Of a stretch of 35,744 nucleotides of DNA, positions 9,682-21,059 are shown one piece after another. Every line of letters starts with the position of its first letter. Within the stretch, counting starts at the first letter, position 1. Where the stretch lies: positions 1 to 35,744 of the forward strand of contig JBEDGK010000050.1 of assembly GCA_041174665.1 (NCBI GenBank), given 5' to 3'. This DNA comes from Pseudomonadota bacterium (lineage in GTDB: Bacteria; Pseudomonadota; Gammaproteobacteria; Burkholderiales; Burkholderiaceae_D). Below the pieces are notes generated by a model that saw only the letters and a list, made by a program, of their open reading frames with translations, had not been told where the DNA came from and searched no databases. A program made the translations under genes and the position numbers.

Positions 9682-10818
9682 TTAGCGCACGCCGTACATC
9701 ATTTGTTCAGCCAGCAGACGCTTGGCGGCTGGCACAATATCGATCAACCCCAGTGACAACCCCAATAGGCCTTGAACGATTGATTGATCCGGCGAGCTGG
9801 CGAACACCCGTGCCATCAGATCCGTGAGGCTTGTCGTCATTCGTCGGTCATTGCGTTGCGCGGTCGAGAACGTCGATAGTGATTCTGGCGTGATCTCTTT
9901 GGCGAGCAGGCTCGCCAGCACGGAGGCATCGCGCAGGCCAAGATTCAAGCCCTGACCTGCAACCGGGTGCAGCGTTTGCGCCGCGTTGCCAATAGCAAGG
10001 GTTCGCAGTGTCGACCGGGGTTCTGCATTGAGCCCTAGGCGATAGGCGTGACGAGCGCCGATTTGTGTAAATCGGCCCGCACGCTGGCCGAAAACTTCCT
10101 GTAAGGACTGCATGAATTGCTCATCGTCCAGCTGTTGCAAATGCTCTGCGGTATTCGGGCGCATACACCAGACCATCGAGTACGCACCGCCTTGCGGCAG
10201 CAGTGCCAGCGGCCCCTCTGCCGTGAACCGCTCAAACGCACGTCCCGGGGGTGCAGCGTCAGTCTGTACCTGCGCGATGATGGCGGTCTGCTGATAATCA
10301 TGCTGACGTTCGCGCGGCTGCTGTTGACCGTAGATGCCACCTTCGGCCTGTATCAGCAGTTGTGCATGCAGCGTGTCACCATCGTCAAGGTGCAGCCGGG
10401 TCTCGGCTTGGGTTTCGTCGAATCCGATGACAGTTGCCGGCCGCAGCCTATGGATGCCTGAGTGAAGCAAAACCAAATCCAGCGCTTCCACAACCGCCCC
10501 GTAACGGCACACATACCCTAGCGCAGGCAGTCCGTAATCCGAGGCATCGATCAATGTTCTGCCAAAACTGCCTCGACGCGACACATGAATTTCTGTGATT
10601 GGTGTGCCGAAGGCCTTCCAGGCACCAATCTGTTCAAGTAGCTGCCGGCTACCCTCCGAGAGCGCGATTGACCGTGGATCTTGCTGTGCGGCTTGTGTGG
10701 ACTTGCCATCGATCAGTGCGATACGCTCGGCGGCCACGCCGCGCTTGATCAGCATCGCCGCGGTTGCCATGCCAACCGGACCAGCGCCTGCAATGGCGAT
10801 ATCGACCTGAGCAGTCAT
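9682..10818 (-). CDS. ubiH: UbiH/UbiI-family FAD-dependent ubiquinone biosynthesis hydroxylase
   Basis: GAGPVG FAD motif, DPRSIAL, AFERFT.EGPLALLP, GNAAQTLHPVAGQGLNLGLRD; downstream of pepP. Confidence 0.85.
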   Translation of the reverse strand: MTAQVDIAIAGAGPVGMATAAMLIKRGVAAERIALIDGKSTQAAQQDPRSIALSEGSRQLLEQIGAWKAFGTPITEIHVSRRGSFGRTLIDASDYGLPALGYVCRYGAVVEALDLVLLHSGIHRLRPATVIGFDETQAETRLHLDDGDTLHAQLLIQAEGGIYGQQQPRERQHDYQQTAIIAQVQTDAAPPGRAFERFTAEGPLALLPQGGAYSMVWCMRPNTAEHLQQLDDEQFMQSLQEVFGQRAGRFTQIGARHAYRLGLNAEPRSTLRTLAIGNAAQTLHPVAGQGLNLGLRDASVLASLLAKEITPESLSTFSTAQRNDRRMTTSLTDLMARVFASSPDQSIVQGLLGLSLGLIDIVPAAKRLLAEQMMYGVR

Positions 10819-10828
10819 GGCGTAGCCA

Positions 10829-12166
10829 TCAGCCTTTCATTACTGCTTCAATCTCTGCCACCGTCTTCGGCGCCTTGCGCGTCAGTATCTCGCAGCCGTC
10901 TGTGGTTACTAGTGCATCATCCTCGATGCGTATGCCGATGTGCCAGAAAGCGTCGGGTACACCTTCGGCAGGACGCACGTAGATGCCGGGTTCGATGGTG
11001 AGCACCATTCCCGGCGCCAGCGTGCGCCAGGGTTTTTCAGCGCCGGCAGGCGCCGGGTCTCGATAGTCCCCGACATCGTGCACATCCATGCCCAGCCAGT
11101 GACCGGTGCGGTGCATGTAGAACTGACGATAGTTGCCGTTTGCAATTACGTCATCCAGCGAGCCGACTTTGTTCTTGTCAAGGAGACCGGTGTCGAGCAT
11201 ACCCTGCGCGAGTACCCTCAGCGCGGCATCATGTCCGTCAGTAAAGCGCGCGCCGGGGCGGGTGGCGGCAATCGCGGCGTACTGCGCGTCCAGCACGATC
11301 TCGTACAGCGCCTTTTGCGGGCCACTGAACTTGCCACTCACCGGGAAGGTGCGAGTAATGTCGGACGCATAGCTGTCCAGTTCGCAGCCGGCATCGATCA
11401 GCACCAGTTCGCCATCGCGCAGTTCGGCATCGCCTGCCCGGTAATGCAGCACGCAGGCATTCGGTCCGGCGGCAACGATCGATCCGTAGGCTGGAAATTG
11501 CGAGCCATTGCGCCGGAACTCGTGCAGTAGTTCAGCCTCGAGATGATATTCGCGCAGGCCAGCGCGCGAGCAGCGCATCGCGCGCGCATGCGCCTCGGCG
11601 GTGATGTCGGCGGCGCGCTGCATGATGCCAATCTCATACGCATCTTTGACGAGCCGCATTTCATTCAAGATCACGCGAATATCGAACGCCGTACTGGGAG
11701 CGGTCACCCCAGCACGCACCTGGGCGCGCACGGCATTCAGCCAGCCCTTGATCTGGTCATCGAGCCGACTGCTGCTGCCCAGCGCATAAAACAATGCGGG
11801 TGCATTCGCCATCAGTTTTGGTAGCTCGGTGTCGATGCTGGCGATTGAGTGGGCAGCATCGAGACCAAACGCCTCACGTGCCGCCTCGGGTCCGTAGCGA
11901 TAGCCATCCCAGATTTCGCGCTCTTCGTTTTTTTCGCGACAGAACAGGATAGTTTGATCTTTTTCGCCAGCGACCAGGACCAGCGTTGCCTCGGGCTCGG
12001 TGAAGCCTGTGAGGTAATAAAAATAGCTGTCATGCCGGTACGGATAATCGGCATCGGCATTGCGCATTACTTCCGGGGCCGTGGGAATGATGGCCACGCC
12101 GCCGCCTTGCGCATGCATTTGCGCGAGCACACGGGCGCGACGATTTGCGTAGGGATTCATGATCAA
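10829..12166 (-). CDS. pepP: Xaa-Pro aminopeptidase
   Basis: DSYFYYLTGF.EP, LIDAG, YASDITRT, HRTGHWLGMDVHD, TIEPGIY, GIRIEDD; start may be 12160. Confidence 0.96.
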   Translation of the reverse strand: MIMNPYANRRARVLAQMHAQGGGVAIIPTAPEVMRNADADYPYRHDSYFYYLTGFTEPEATLVLVAGEKDQTILFCREKNEEREIWDGYRYGPEAAREAFGLDAAHSIASIDTELPKLMANAPALFYALGSSSRLDDQIKGWLNAVRAQVRAGVTAPSTAFDIRVILNEMRLVKDAYEIGIMQRAADITAEAHARAMRCSRAGLREYHLEAELLHEFRRNGSQFPAYGSIVAAGPNACVLHYRAGDAELRDGELVLIDAGCELDSYASDITRTFPVSGKFSGPQKALYEIVLDAQYAAIAATRPGARFTDGHDAALRVLAQGMLDTGLLDKNKVGSLDDVIANGNYRQFYMHRTGHWLGMDVHDVGDYRDPAPAGAEKPWRTLAPGMVLTIEPGIYVRPAEGVPDAFWHIGIRIEDDALVTTDGCEILTRKAPKTVAEIEAVMKG

Positions 12167-12876
12167 TTCTTGTAATTGAGAGGTGCGTTGAGTTGCTCTA
12201 GCCGTTCGACTGTACCGACATCGGTCCAGTCGCCCCGGTAGACTTCGCCGCCTATTCTGCGCTGATTCGCAAACTCGCGCAGAATGGGTGCGAGCTTGGC
12301 GCTGCTGCCTCGCGTTACGGTATCGAACATCTCCGGGCGGTAGACACCGATGCCTGAAAACGTGTAGCGCGGCAGGCCTTCATTAGATATCGCGTAGCTC
12401 TCCAGGGCAAAATCACCTTCCGGGTGATGCGCAGGGTTCTTCACCAAATACAGCCAGCCAAGGTCGCGCGTCTCCTTGCCATGCGGCTGGCCCCAGACAT
12501 CGTTTTCTTCCAGGACCTCCTTCGCCGCTGAAAAATCGAAGTGAGGGCAGTAGACATCGCCGGCGATGGCAAGGAAGGGCTGATCGCCAAGCAAATGGCG
12601 GGCTTGTGCGATGCCACCCGCCGTCTCTAGCGCGGTACCCTCGGGCGAGTAAGTAATGCGTGCACCAAACTGGCTGCCATCGCCCAGCGCATCTTCGATC
12701 ATCTGACCTAAATGGGCATGGTTGATCACGATCTCTTTGATGCCCGCGCGCACCAGATTCAGAATATGCCAGACAATCAGTGGCCGGCCGCGCACCTGCA
12801 ACAAGGGCTTGGGGCAGGTGTCGGTCAGGGGTCGCATGCGCTCGCCGCGTCCGGCAGCAAAAATCATGGCTTTCAT
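12163..12876 (-). CDS. murU: N-acetylmuramate alpha-1-phosphate uridylyltransferase
   Basis: AAGRGERMRPLTDTCPKPLL, LETAGG, NP.HHP.GDF, WTDVGT; paired with amgK. Confidence 0.9.
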   Translation of the reverse strand: MKAMIFAAGRGERMRPLTDTCPKPLLQVRGRPLIVWHILNLVRAGIKEIVINHAHLGQMIEDALGDGSQFGARITYSPEGTALETAGGIAQARHLLGDQPFLAIAGDVYCPHFDFSAAKEVLEENDVWGQPHGKETRDLGWLYLVKNPAHHPEGDFALESYAISNEGLPRYTFSGIGVYRPEMFDTVTRGSSAKLAPILREFANQRRIGGEVYRGDWTDVGTVERLEQLNAPLNYKN

Positions 12877-12886
12877 GATTGTGCGT

Positions 12887-13912
12887 TCAGAAGGTGTAGC
12901 CGATCTTGGTTGTATTCTCGTCCAGCGTGTCGAGCAGCTTGATCAGCGGTGCGAATTCCTTGTAGCGATAAGCTGTCTTGCGGGTATAGTCCATCACCAG
13001 AGGAATATCATTCAGGTAGCCATCTTTGCCATCGCGGTGATACAGTCGCGCGAAAATACCTAGTACCTTCAGATGGCGCTGCAATCCCATGAATTCGACA
13101 TCCTTGTAGAACGCATCGACATCATGATTGACGGGCAGGCCTGCTCGACGCGCACGTTCCCAGTAACGTATCACCCAGTCAAGGACCATCTCTTCATCCC
13201 ACTGAATATAAGCATCCCGCAGCAGCGATACCAAGTCATACGTGATCGGTCCATACAGCGCATCCTGAAAATCCAGAATGCCTGGATTGCCCTGTTCCAG
13301 AACCATCAGATTGCGCGAGTGATAGTCACGATGTACATACACCTGTGGCTGCGCGAGATTGTTCGCCAGCAGCGCGTCGAATACCTGATTCAGCGACGTA
13401 GTCTGCGCGTCGTTCAGACGAGCGCCCAGGTGTTTGCTGACATACCAATCTGGGAACAGCATCAGTTCGCGGTGCAACGCGGCCCGATCATATTCTGGCA
13501 ACTGGCCGGGACGGCTTTGCACCTGCAATAAAATCAGTGCATCGATGGCATCGAGATACAGCTTGTGCGCAGTGTCGGCACTTAGCTGCTTCAGATAAGT
13601 TGTCGACCCAAGATCAGATAGCAGCAAAAATCCGCGCGCGATATCTTTGGCTAGCACTTGTGGGACGGTCACGCCTGTTTTGCCGAACAAGTCGGCCACT
13701 TGCAGGAATGGCCTCACATCTTCTTGCGGCGGTGGCGCGTCCATCACGATCAGCGAACCGCCATCGGCAGTGTCGACTCGGAAGTAGCGCCTGAAGCTTG
13801 CGTCAGCAGACGCAGCCCTCAAGGTGCCAGGCAAAGTTTTTGGAGAATCGAGCTGCGTCAGCCAAGCAGAAATATCGTCAAGGCGTCGGTCGGTCTTGGG
13901 AGATTCGGACAT
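12887..13912 (-). CDS. amgK: Anomeric MurNAc/GlcNAc kinase (APH-like phosphotransferase)
   Basis: ASADASFRRYFR, VHRDYHSRNLM, LDFQDA, QRHLKVLGIFARL; divergent from lptD. Confidence 0.92.
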   Translation of the reverse strand: MSESPKTDRRLDDISAWLTQLDSPKTLPGTLRAASADASFRRYFRVDTADGGSLIVMDAPPPQEDVRPFLQVADLFGKTGVTVPQVLAKDIARGFLLLSDLGSTTYLKQLSADTAHKLYLDAIDALILLQVQSRPGQLPEYDRAALHRELMLFPDWYVSKHLGARLNDAQTTSLNQVFDALLANNLAQPQVYVHRDYHSRNLMVLEQGNPGILDFQDALYGPITYDLVSLLRDAYIQWDEEMVLDWVIRYWERARRAGLPVNHDVDAFYKDVEFMGLQRHLKVLGIFARLYHRDGKDGYLNDIPLVMDYTRKTAYRYKEFAPLIKLLDTLDENTTKIGYTF

Positions 13913-14039
13913 CGGAAATCAAAAGGGATGCAGATTGACAAGTTGAAAGCACCGCCATGAGCCGGCGCGCGCAGTGAGTTCCCATATAATAAGGGATTAA
14001 CCTCAAATTCGCGGCGCTGACACAGCCTCTTACCCGCTC

Positions 14040-16322
14040 ATGATCCGGCGATTGCCTCTTCTACAACCCGTTGCCGAACTGCGCCTGAATGCCATGGCGC
14101 TCACGCTGGCCTTTTTGCCTGCGCTGTCAGTAGCGCAAACTCGCCCATGGATAGAGGGTGCCGCCGATGACAATGGGCCCACTTCGTTCGAAGCGGAGCA
14201 GATCACCGGCCGTCCCGATCACGAGGTCAGCATGGAACGCCAGGTCGGCATCAGGCGTGGCAAGACGCAGATCGAAGCCGATCGCATGACATACGACATC
14301 GTTGAAGACCGAGTGAATGCGATCGGCAATGTGCGGCTTCAGCGCGAAGGTAACCAGTTCTCCGGCAGCGAGTTGCGCCTGAAGCTAGATACCGGCGAGG
14401 GCGTCCTGCAAAGTCCTGTCTACAAGCTCATGCGCATGAATGCGCACGGCAAGGCCGACCGCATCGAATTTGAGTCGCAGGACAAAGCCACTGTCATTGG
14501 TGGCTTCTATACCACCTGCGAAGGCCCTGATCCAGACTGGTATCTTCGTTCCGGATCGCTAGCGCTGGACAATGGCCGCGAGATTGGTGTTGCAGAAAAT
14601 GCGGTGGTCGTGTTCAAAGGCGTGCCGCTGGTGGGCGCGCCCAAGTTGTCTTTCCCGCTCAGCGATGAGCGCGTCTCCGGCTTTCTCGCGCCAACCATTG
14701 CGACATCAACCTCTGGCGGATTGGAAGTGGTCACGCCGTATTACTGGAACATCGCACCCAATCGCGATCTGATACTCGCGCCGCACTACATCACACGTCG
14801 CGGTTTGATGTTGGGCGGCAGCGCGCGTTATCTGGGTGAAGAATACGGCGGTCAGGCCAACTTCGAGGTGATCGACCGAGACAACCAGACCGGCAGCAGC
14901 CGCTGGGCTGCGTCCTCGCGCCACAAGCACACGCTTGGGCAGGGCCTGACACTGAACACCAATCTGAATGCTGCGTCCGATGATGATTACGCACGCGATT
15001 TTCCATTCAGCCGGGTCTGGGCCTACCAGCCCGGTATTCCTCGCCGTTTGCTGGTGCGCGATGTGCGGCTGGAATACGGCAGCCAGGACTGGACCGCCAG
15101 TGGCAGGCTGACCGAGTACCAGGTGCTCCAGGATCGCAGTGGCAGCGCGCTCATTCAGCGCCCCTACAGCCGGCTGCCTCAACTGAACTACAACTATTAC
15201 GGCGAGAATAACACCGGGCTGAACTGGTCGCTGGGTTCCGAGTTCACGCGTTTTCACCAGCCGTTCATCCCGACGGATGGCATGCCGCGCCAAGGTGACC
15301 GGATGGTGGTCAATCCACGCCTGACTTACAACTATCAGACGCCGGGCTTTTTTCTGCGCCCGAGTGCTTCACTCCATAGCACGGTGTACAGTCTGGATCA
15401 GACTGCGGCGCCAAGCATGACCGCGCCCAACCGAACGCTGCCCACTTTTTCGCTGGATTCAGGCCTGATCTATGAGCGCGATGCCAGCTTGTTCGGCAAT
15501 GCCGCGATACAAACCTTCGAGCCGCGCGTGTTTTATACGCACACTCCGTATAAGCGACAGGATTCCACCCTCTACCCGAATTTCGATTCTACCGAGGCCG
15601 ACTTCAATTTCGCGACGGTGTTCCGTGAGAACCGTTTTGTAGGTAACGACCGTATCAGCGATGCCAATCAGGTGACGACAGCTCTGACGACACGCTACCT
15701 GCAGCAAAATGGCATGGAACGGGTACGACTGGCGATTGCGCAGCGTTTTTCCTTTTCTGATCAGCGCGTGACGCTCAATGAATCCAGGCGGCTGCCCACC
15801 GAAACACGGTCCGACATGCTGTTCCTCGGCTCAGGCCGGGTGACCGATCAACTCCGCGTCGATTCCAACTTTCAGTTCAGTCAGAGCCGCAATGAACTGA
15901 ACCGCATGAATATTGGTGCCTTCTGGCAGCCGGCACCAATGAAAGTGCTGAATGTGCAGTATCGACGTGACGTCCGCAATCTGCCGAACGATCCGAACTC
16001 CAACTTCGAGCTGATCGACATCTCCTCTCAGTGGCCGCTCGGCGACCGCTGGTATGGTGTGGGCAGAATCAGCTATTTGCTGAAAGAAGGGCAGCTCGGT
16101 CAGTCGCTGGCCGGTGTTGAGTACAAGGCGGATTGCTGGATCTTCCGGATTGTCGGCCAGCGTGTCCCGACCGCCCAGAGCGTAGCCAACACCACGGTCT
16201 TCCTGCAGCTGGAATTCAATGGCTTGTCCATGTTGGGCGCGAATCCGATGCGCGCGCTGCGCGCGAACGTGCCAGGTTACCAGCCGCTGGGCTCCACCGA
16301 TTATCCGTACGAAACCTACTGA
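14040..16322 (+). CDS. lptD: LPS assembly outer-membrane protein
   Basis: Signal peptide, YTTC, SGFLAP, PYYWNIAPNRD, NRFVGNDRISDANQ, EY..DCW, FLQLEFNGL. Confidence 0.96.
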   Translation: MIRRLPLLQPVAELRLNAMALTLAFLPALSVAQTRPWIEGAADDNGPTSFEAEQITGRPDHEVSMERQVGIRRGKTQIEADRMTYDIVEDRVNAIGNVRLQREGNQFSGSELRLKLDTGEGVLQSPVYKLMRMNAHGKADRIEFESQDKATVIGGFYTTCEGPDPDWYLRSGSLALDNGREIGVAENAVVVFKGVPLVGAPKLSFPLSDERVSGFLAPTIATSTSGGLEVVTPYYWNIAPNRDLILAPHYITRRGLMLGGSARYLGEEYGGQANFEVIDRDNQTGSSRWAASSRHKHTLGQGLTLNTNLNAASDDDYARDFPFSRVWAYQPGIPRRLLVRDVRLEYGSQDWTASGRLTEYQVLQDRSGSALIQRPYSRLPQLNYNYYGENNTGLNWSLGSEFTRFHQPFIPTDGMPRQGDRMVVNPRLTYNYQTPGFFLRPSASLHSTVYSLDQTAAPSMTAPNRTLPTFSLDSGLIYERDASLFGNAAIQTFEPRVFYTHTPYKRQDSTLYPNFDSTEADFNFATVFRENRFVGNDRISDANQVTTALTTRYLQQNGMERVRLAIAQRFSFSDQRVTLNESRRLPTETRSDMLFLGSGRVTDQLRVDSNFQFSQSRNELNRMNIGAFWQPAPMKVLNVQYRRDVRNLPNDPNSNFELIDISSQWPLGDRWYGVGRISYLLKEGQLGQSLAGVEYKADCWIFRIVGQRVPTAQSVANTTVFLQLEFNGLSMLGANPMRALRANVPGYQPLGSTDYPYETY

Positions 16323-16333
16323 TTGAGAATGCC

Positions 16334-17725
16334 ATGATGATTGCCGTGAACCGCTTCATTCCGCGTGCGATGTCCTACAGCCTGTCGATGGCTGCGATGC
16401 TCACCGTTGCCGCGACAGTGAGTTCTGCTCCAGTGTGGGCGCAAGACAAAGCCTCTGCCAGGCAGCCAGTATTGATTGATGCGATCGTCGCCGTGGTGAA
16501 CACGGAAGTCGTTACTCTCAAGGAGCTCAATGATCGGATGGCGCTGATTGAGCAGCGCATGAAGCGCCAGAATATGCAGATGCCGCCGCGTAACGTGCTA
16601 CAGAAACAACTGTTGGAGCGCATGATCATCACGCGCGCCCAAATGCAATTGGCGCGTGAGAGTGGCATTCGTATCGACGACATCATGCTGGATCGTGCAG
16701 TCGCTCGTATCGCCGAGCAGAATCAGCTGTCGGTACAGAGTTTCCGCGATCAGCTTGAGCGTGACGGATTGTCTTTCGCGCGCTTCCGTGAAGAGATTCG
16801 CGAAGAAATCACCCTGCAGCGCTTGCGTGAGCGCGAAGTCGATAACAAATTGCAGATTGCCGATTCCGAGGTGGATAACTATCTCGCTGCCGCCGGCGGC
16901 AAGCCCGAAGCCAGCCAACAGGAACTGAGCATCGCCCAGATCTTGGTGCGTGTGCCCGAGAATGCCTCTCCCCAGCAAATCGCCGAACGTCGCAAGCGTG
17001 CGGAGACGGCGGTGGCACAGCTGAAATCAGGTGCGGATTTTGCAAAAGTTGCGGCGAGTTTTTCCGATGCAGGTGATGCTCTATCCGGGGGAGATTTGGG
17101 CTGGCGTAGCGTGTCACGTTTGCCGCAACTGTTCGTTGATGCTGTAGAAAAAATTGCCGATGGCGAGATCGCGCCACTGGTACGCAGCGCGAACGGCTTT
17201 CACGTACTTAAGCTGAACGGACGTCGCGCCGTCGGCGCCACCAAGTCTGGCGTGGGCACGATGGTGCAGCAGACGCGTGCCCGCCACATTCTGATCAAGG
17301 TGAACCAGATCGTGTCCTCGTCCGAGGCTAAGCGCAAGCTTGCCGAGCTGAGAGAGCGGCTTGATAACAAGGCTGCAAAATTCGAAGACCTCGCGCGACT
17401 GTATTCGAATGATGGTTCAGCGAGCAAGGGTGGTGATCTCGGCTGGATCTATCCGGGTGATACCGTGCCCGAATTCGAGCGCGCGATGAATTCCCTGCGG
17501 CCCGGTCAGGTCAGTGATCCTGTCGAGTCCCCCTTCGGCTATCACCTGATTGAAGTCCTGGAGCGCAAGACCGAAGAAGTCTCGCGCGAGCGACAGCGAT
17601 TGATGGCGCGGCAAGCCTTGCGCGACCAGAAGCTCGAAGAAGCTTACGAAGACTGGCTGCGCCAGTTGCGCGACCGTGCCTACGTCGAATATCGACTAGA
17701 TGAATTCAGTCCCCGCACGCAATAA
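16334..17725 (+). CDS. surA: Periplasmic chaperone / parvulin PPIase
   Basis: DAIVAVVN, two rotamase domains (GGDLGW twice; RARHILI; SPFGYHLI). Start moved downstream of lptD (16334, or 16337/16370). Confidence 0.95.
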   Translation: MMIAVNRFIPRAMSYSLSMAAMLTVAATVSSAPVWAQDKASARQPVLIDAIVAVVNTEVVTLKELNDRMALIEQRMKRQNMQMPPRNVLQKQLLERMIITRAQMQLARESGIRIDDIMLDRAVARIAEQNQLSVQSFRDQLERDGLSFARFREEIREEITLQRLREREVDNKLQIADSEVDNYLAAAGGKPEASQQELSIAQILVRVPENASPQQIAERRKRAETAVAQLKSGADFAKVAASFSDAGDALSGGDLGWRSVSRLPQLFVDAVEKIADGEIAPLVRSANGFHVLKLNGRRAVGATKSGVGTMVQQTRARHILIKVNQIVSSSEAKRKLAELRERLDNKAAKFEDLARLYSNDGSASKGGDLGWIYPGDTVPEFERAMNSLRPGQVSDPVESPFGYHLIEVLERKTEEVSRERQRLMARQALRDQKLEEAYEDWLRQLRDRAYVEYRLDEFSPRTQ

Positions 17726-17745
17726 CCCTATTTGACCTCTTTGCC

Positions 17746-18768
17746 ATGTCCTGTCCGCGCATAGCCATCACCTGCGGCGAGCCGGCAGGGATAGGTCCTG
17801 AGATCTCCGTGCGCGCCGCGCTGGAGGCCGGCACCCTCGACGTCGTGCTGATCGGTGATGCCCAGCAGCTGCAAGCGCTGGTCTTGGCGTTCTCCTCGGA
17901 GCATCGCATCTCATCGCTGGGGTCACCTGCCGAACTACAGACCCTTCCTCGCAAACCAGGCAGACTCAGTCTGATCGATTGTCCGTTGGTCGCGCGCCCA
18001 GTGTCTGGTGAGCTGGATGCCCGCAACGGTCCGGCCGTACTGGAGACGCTGGATATCGCTGTTGACGCGGCGATGAATCAGTGGGTGGATGCGATCGTCA
18101 CTGCGCCCGTACAGAAGAGCACGATCAATGATGCTGGCATCGCTTTCACCGGACATACCGAGTACTTGGCCGAAAAAACCGGTGTGCAGCAGGTCGTGAT
18201 GATGCTGGCTGGTCCGACGCATGGCACGATGCTGAGGGTCGCCCTGGCGACCACGCATTTGCCGCTTAAGGACGTGAGTGCGGCCATCACGCGCGAGAGT
18301 CTCTCGCGTACACTGTCCATCATCCATGCGGATCTGAAGCAGCAGTTCGGTATTGCCGATCCTCGTATCAAGGTGGCTGGTCTGAACCCGCATGCGGGCG
18401 AAGACGGTTATCTCGGGCGCGAGGAGATCGAGGTGATCAAACCTGTGATCGATGCCGCGCTTGCGCGTGGCTGGCAAGTGTCTGGCCCGTATCCGGCAGA
18501 TACGCTGTTCCAACCCAAATACCTGAAGGAGGCTGATTGCATCCTTGCGATGTATCACGATCAGGGTTTGCCGGTGTTGAAGTTTGCAACCTTTGGTCAG
18601 GGCGTGAATATCACGCTTGGTTTGCCCATTATTCGTACATCGGTCGATCATGGCACCGCATTGGATATCGCAGCACGAGGCAGTGGGCATGCCGACCACG
18701 CCAGTATGCAGGTAGCAATACGTATGGCTGCCGAGATGATCTACAGTTCGGGCCGCGTCAGCGCATGA
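17746..18768 (+). CDS. pdxA: 4-hydroxythreonine-4-phosphate dehydrogenase
   Basis: [40 protein letters not shown]. Confidence 0.97.
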   Translation: MSCPRIAITCGEPAGIGPEISVRAALEAGTLDVVLIGDAQQLQALVLAFSSEHRISSLGSPAELQTLPRKPGRLSLIDCPLVARPVSGELDARNGPAVLETLDIAVDAAMNQWVDAIVTAPVQKSTINDAGIAFTGHTEYLAEKTGVQQVVMMLAGPTHGTMLRVALATTHLPLKDVSAAITRESLSRTLSIIHADLKQQFGIADPRIKVAGLNPHAGEDGYLGREEIEVIKPVIDAALARGWQVSGPYPADTLFQPKYLKEADCILAMYHDQGLPVLKFATFGQGVNITLGLPIIRTSVDHGTALDIAARGSGHADHASMQVAIRMAAEMIYSSGRVSA

Positions 18769-19529
18769 AGCATATCGCCCGCAAGCGATTTGGCCAAAAT
18801 TTTCTGACGGATCAGAACGTCCTACATGACATCCTCAACGCCATTGCGCCAGCGGCGGAGGATCTGATGGTCGAGATCGGCCCCGGTCAGGGGGCAATGA
18901 CTGCGCTGCTGCTACAGACGCTGGATCGGCTGCATGCCGTTGAGCTGGATCGTGATCTGGTCACATGGCTGCAAAAAAAATTCGCCGCTGATCGGTTGAT
19001 CATCCACTCTGGCGATGCCTTACAGTTCGACTTTGCGTCGCTGGTGCCACCTGGCCGCAAGCTGCGCATCGTTGGTAACCTGCCTTACAACATTTCCAGT
19101 CCTTTGTTGTTCCATCTCGCGGAATACGTTGGTCAGGTGGAGGATCAGCACTTCATGCTGCAAAAAGAAGTGGTCGAGCGCATGGTCGCAGAACCTGGCA
19201 GCAAGGACTATGGTCGCTTATCCGTGATGCTGCAGTGGCGCTACCAGATGGAATTATTATTCATCGTGCCGCCACAGGCGTTTGATCCGGCGCCCAAGGT
19301 GGATTCAGCGATCGTCCGCATGATCCCGGTCACTGCACCACTGGCATGTGAGCGGCTCAAGCTGGAGCAGGTCGTGACCAAGGCATTTTCGCAGCGCCGC
19401 AAGGTGATACGCAATAGTCTGTCCGGGATGTTTACCGAGGCGCAGCTGGTCGAGGCGGGTATTGATCCTCAGTCGCGACCAGAGACGGTGGGGCTGGAGG
19501 AATATGTGAGATTGGCTAGAGCGTTGTAG
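18765..19529 (+). CDS. rsmA: 16S rRNA m6,2A dimethyltransferase
   Basis: [34 protein letters not shown]; ATGA overlap with pdxA. Confidence 0.97.
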   Translation: MKHIARKRFGQNFLTDQNVLHDILNAIAPAAEDLMVEIGPGQGAMTALLLQTLDRLHAVELDRDLVTWLQKKFAADRLIIHSGDALQFDFASLVPPGRKLRIVGNLPYNISSPLLFHLAEYVGQVEDQHFMLQKEVVERMVAEPGSKDYGRLSVMLQWRYQMELLFIVPPQAFDPAPKVDSAIVRMIPVTAPLACERLKLEQVVTKAFSQRRKVIRNSLSGMFTEAQLVEAGIDPQSRPETVGLEEYVRLARAL

Positions 19530-19566
19530 TTTTTCGCGCGATACCGCATCCCTGCCGGGTCATGCA

Positions 19567-19723
19567 TGGATCCCGGCCCGTGCCGGGATGACGATGGACA
19601 GGACAACCGGCCTCTGAACCGTCATCCTGACGAAAGTCAGGATCCTGTGTCTTTCGTTGTCATGCCCTTGGCGCTGATTGACTACCAGGTCAGTCATGGA
19701 CTCTGGCTTTCGCCGGAATGATG
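19567..19723. repeat. Three CGTC-type REP palindromes
   Basis: 19567-19593(-) CGTCATCCCGGCACGGGCCGGGATCCA; 19620-19645(+) CGTCATCCTGACGAAAGTCAGGATCC; 19697-19723(-) CATCATTCCGGCGAAAGCCAGAGTCCA; between convergent rsmA and gloA. Confidence 0.85.
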
Positions 19724-19744
19724 ATTCAGGAGATGGCAGCCTTC

Positions 19745-20131
19745 TCAAGCATCCCGCTGAATCAGCTCGATCTTGTACCCATCCGGATCCTGCACGAACG
19801 CAATCACTGTCGTTCCACCTTTCACCGGACCTGCTTCGCGGGTCACATTCCCTCCCGATGCCTTCACTGCAGCGCAGGTTGCGGCAGCGTCTTCGACGCC
19901 GATCGCGATATGGCCATACGCGGTACCCATCTCATATTCATCGACACCGTAGTTGTAGGTCAGCTCGATCTCGGCCTGATCGGGATTGCTCGCATAGCCC
20001 AGAAATGCCAGCGAGTATTTCTGGTCAGGACGATCTGTGGTGCGCAACAGGCTCATGCCCATCACCTGAGTATAAAAATTGATTGAACGCTGAAGGTCTC
20101 CCACGCGAAGCATGGTGTGAAGAATGCGCAT
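19745..20131 (-). CDS. gloA: Lactoylglutathione lyase (glyoxalase I)
   Basis: [40 protein letters not shown]. Confidence 0.97.
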   Translation of the reverse strand: MRILHTMLRVGDLQRSINFYTQVMGMSLLRTTDRPDQKYSLAFLGYASNPDQAEIELTYNYGVDEYEMGTAYGHIAIGVEDAAATCAAVKASGGNVTREAGPVKGGTTVIAFVQDPDGYKIELIQRDA

Positions 20132-20144
20132 AAGGTCCTCGGAT

Positions 20145-21056
20145 TCAGAAATTCGGTAGATTTTCCCGTTCTTGCTCGCGCAACGCTTTGCGCGCCGATT
20201 CGAATTCGGGCAGAACGGATTGTACGGTCGCCCAGAACTGTGGGCCGTGGTTCATTTCGCGCAGATGCGACAGCTCATGCGCGACCACATAATCAATATT
20301 TGGTAGTGCGAAATGTACCAGCCGCCAGTTCAGACGAATACGGCCATCGGCAGTGCAAGATCCCCATTGGGTGCTAGCCGAAGACAGCGAAAATCGCTGA
20401 TAGCTGACACCGAGCTTCGCTGCGTAGATCTCGAGTCGTTCGGCAAAAAGACGCTTTGCCTCGCTTTGTAGCCAGCCCTGCACACGGTCTTTCAGCTGCT
20501 GTTCCGTTGAAGAGGACGGCAGATGAATATGTAGCTCGCCAGTGCTTTCATCGAAACGTGCACCCAGACTGCCGCGGTCGGCAATACGAAGCGTGATGTC
20601 ACTGCCAAGATAGGGCAGCTTTGCGCCGTCGCGCCACTCCATCGGTGGCTGCAGTCGGCGCACCGAGCGCTCGCGCTGTTCGTTGATCTTGCGGAAGATC
20701 CATGGCTGCTTTGCCTTGATTGCCGACTCGATCTCTGTCACGGTTACCCACCTTGGCGCAGTCACGCGCAGACCGTCATCATCGATCAGAAATCCGATAG
20801 TGCGTCGCTTGGAGCGCAGCAAACGGTAATCGAGATAGTGGGTGTCGAGATAGATGCGGCGATGGTTTGCTGGTATCGGCGTCTCGGGCACGGTCGAGGC
20901 TTGGGGAGATGGATGGGCTGCAGACGAACCGGCATCGGCAAACGTATCCAGCAGCGAGAGCTGGTTGGGGTCGACAAATTTTTTGCGCAAAAACTGCCTT
21001 ATCGACATGCCGGATATCTTTTTGAAAATCATGAGTGGTTCAGTGGCAAGCACCAT
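20145..21056 (-). CDS. YgjP/DUF45-like (M48/SprT-type) zinc metalloprotein
   Basis: [32 protein letters not shown]...FW. Start uncertain (21056, 21032 or 21008). Confidence 0.88.
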   Translation of the reverse strand: MVLATEPLMIFKKISGMSIRQFLRKKFVDPNQLSLLDTFADAGSSAAHPSPQASTVPETPIPANHRRIYLDTHYLDYRLLRSKRRTIGFLIDDDGLRVTAPRWVTVTEIESAIKAKQPWIFRKINEQRERSVRRLQPPMEWRDGAKLPYLGSDITLRIADRGSLGARFDESTGELHIHLPSSSTEQQLKDRVQGWLQSEAKRLFAERLEIYAAKLGVSYQRFSLSSASTQWGSCTADGRIRLNWRLVHFALPNIDYVVAHELSHLREMNHGPQFWATVQSVLPEFESARKALREQERENLPNF

Positions 21057-21059
21057 CGC

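Noticed and set aside
19567-19723. Mini CRISPR array
   Set aside because: The repeats alternate in orientation, differ in sequence, have uneven spacers and lack cas genes; they fit REP elements.
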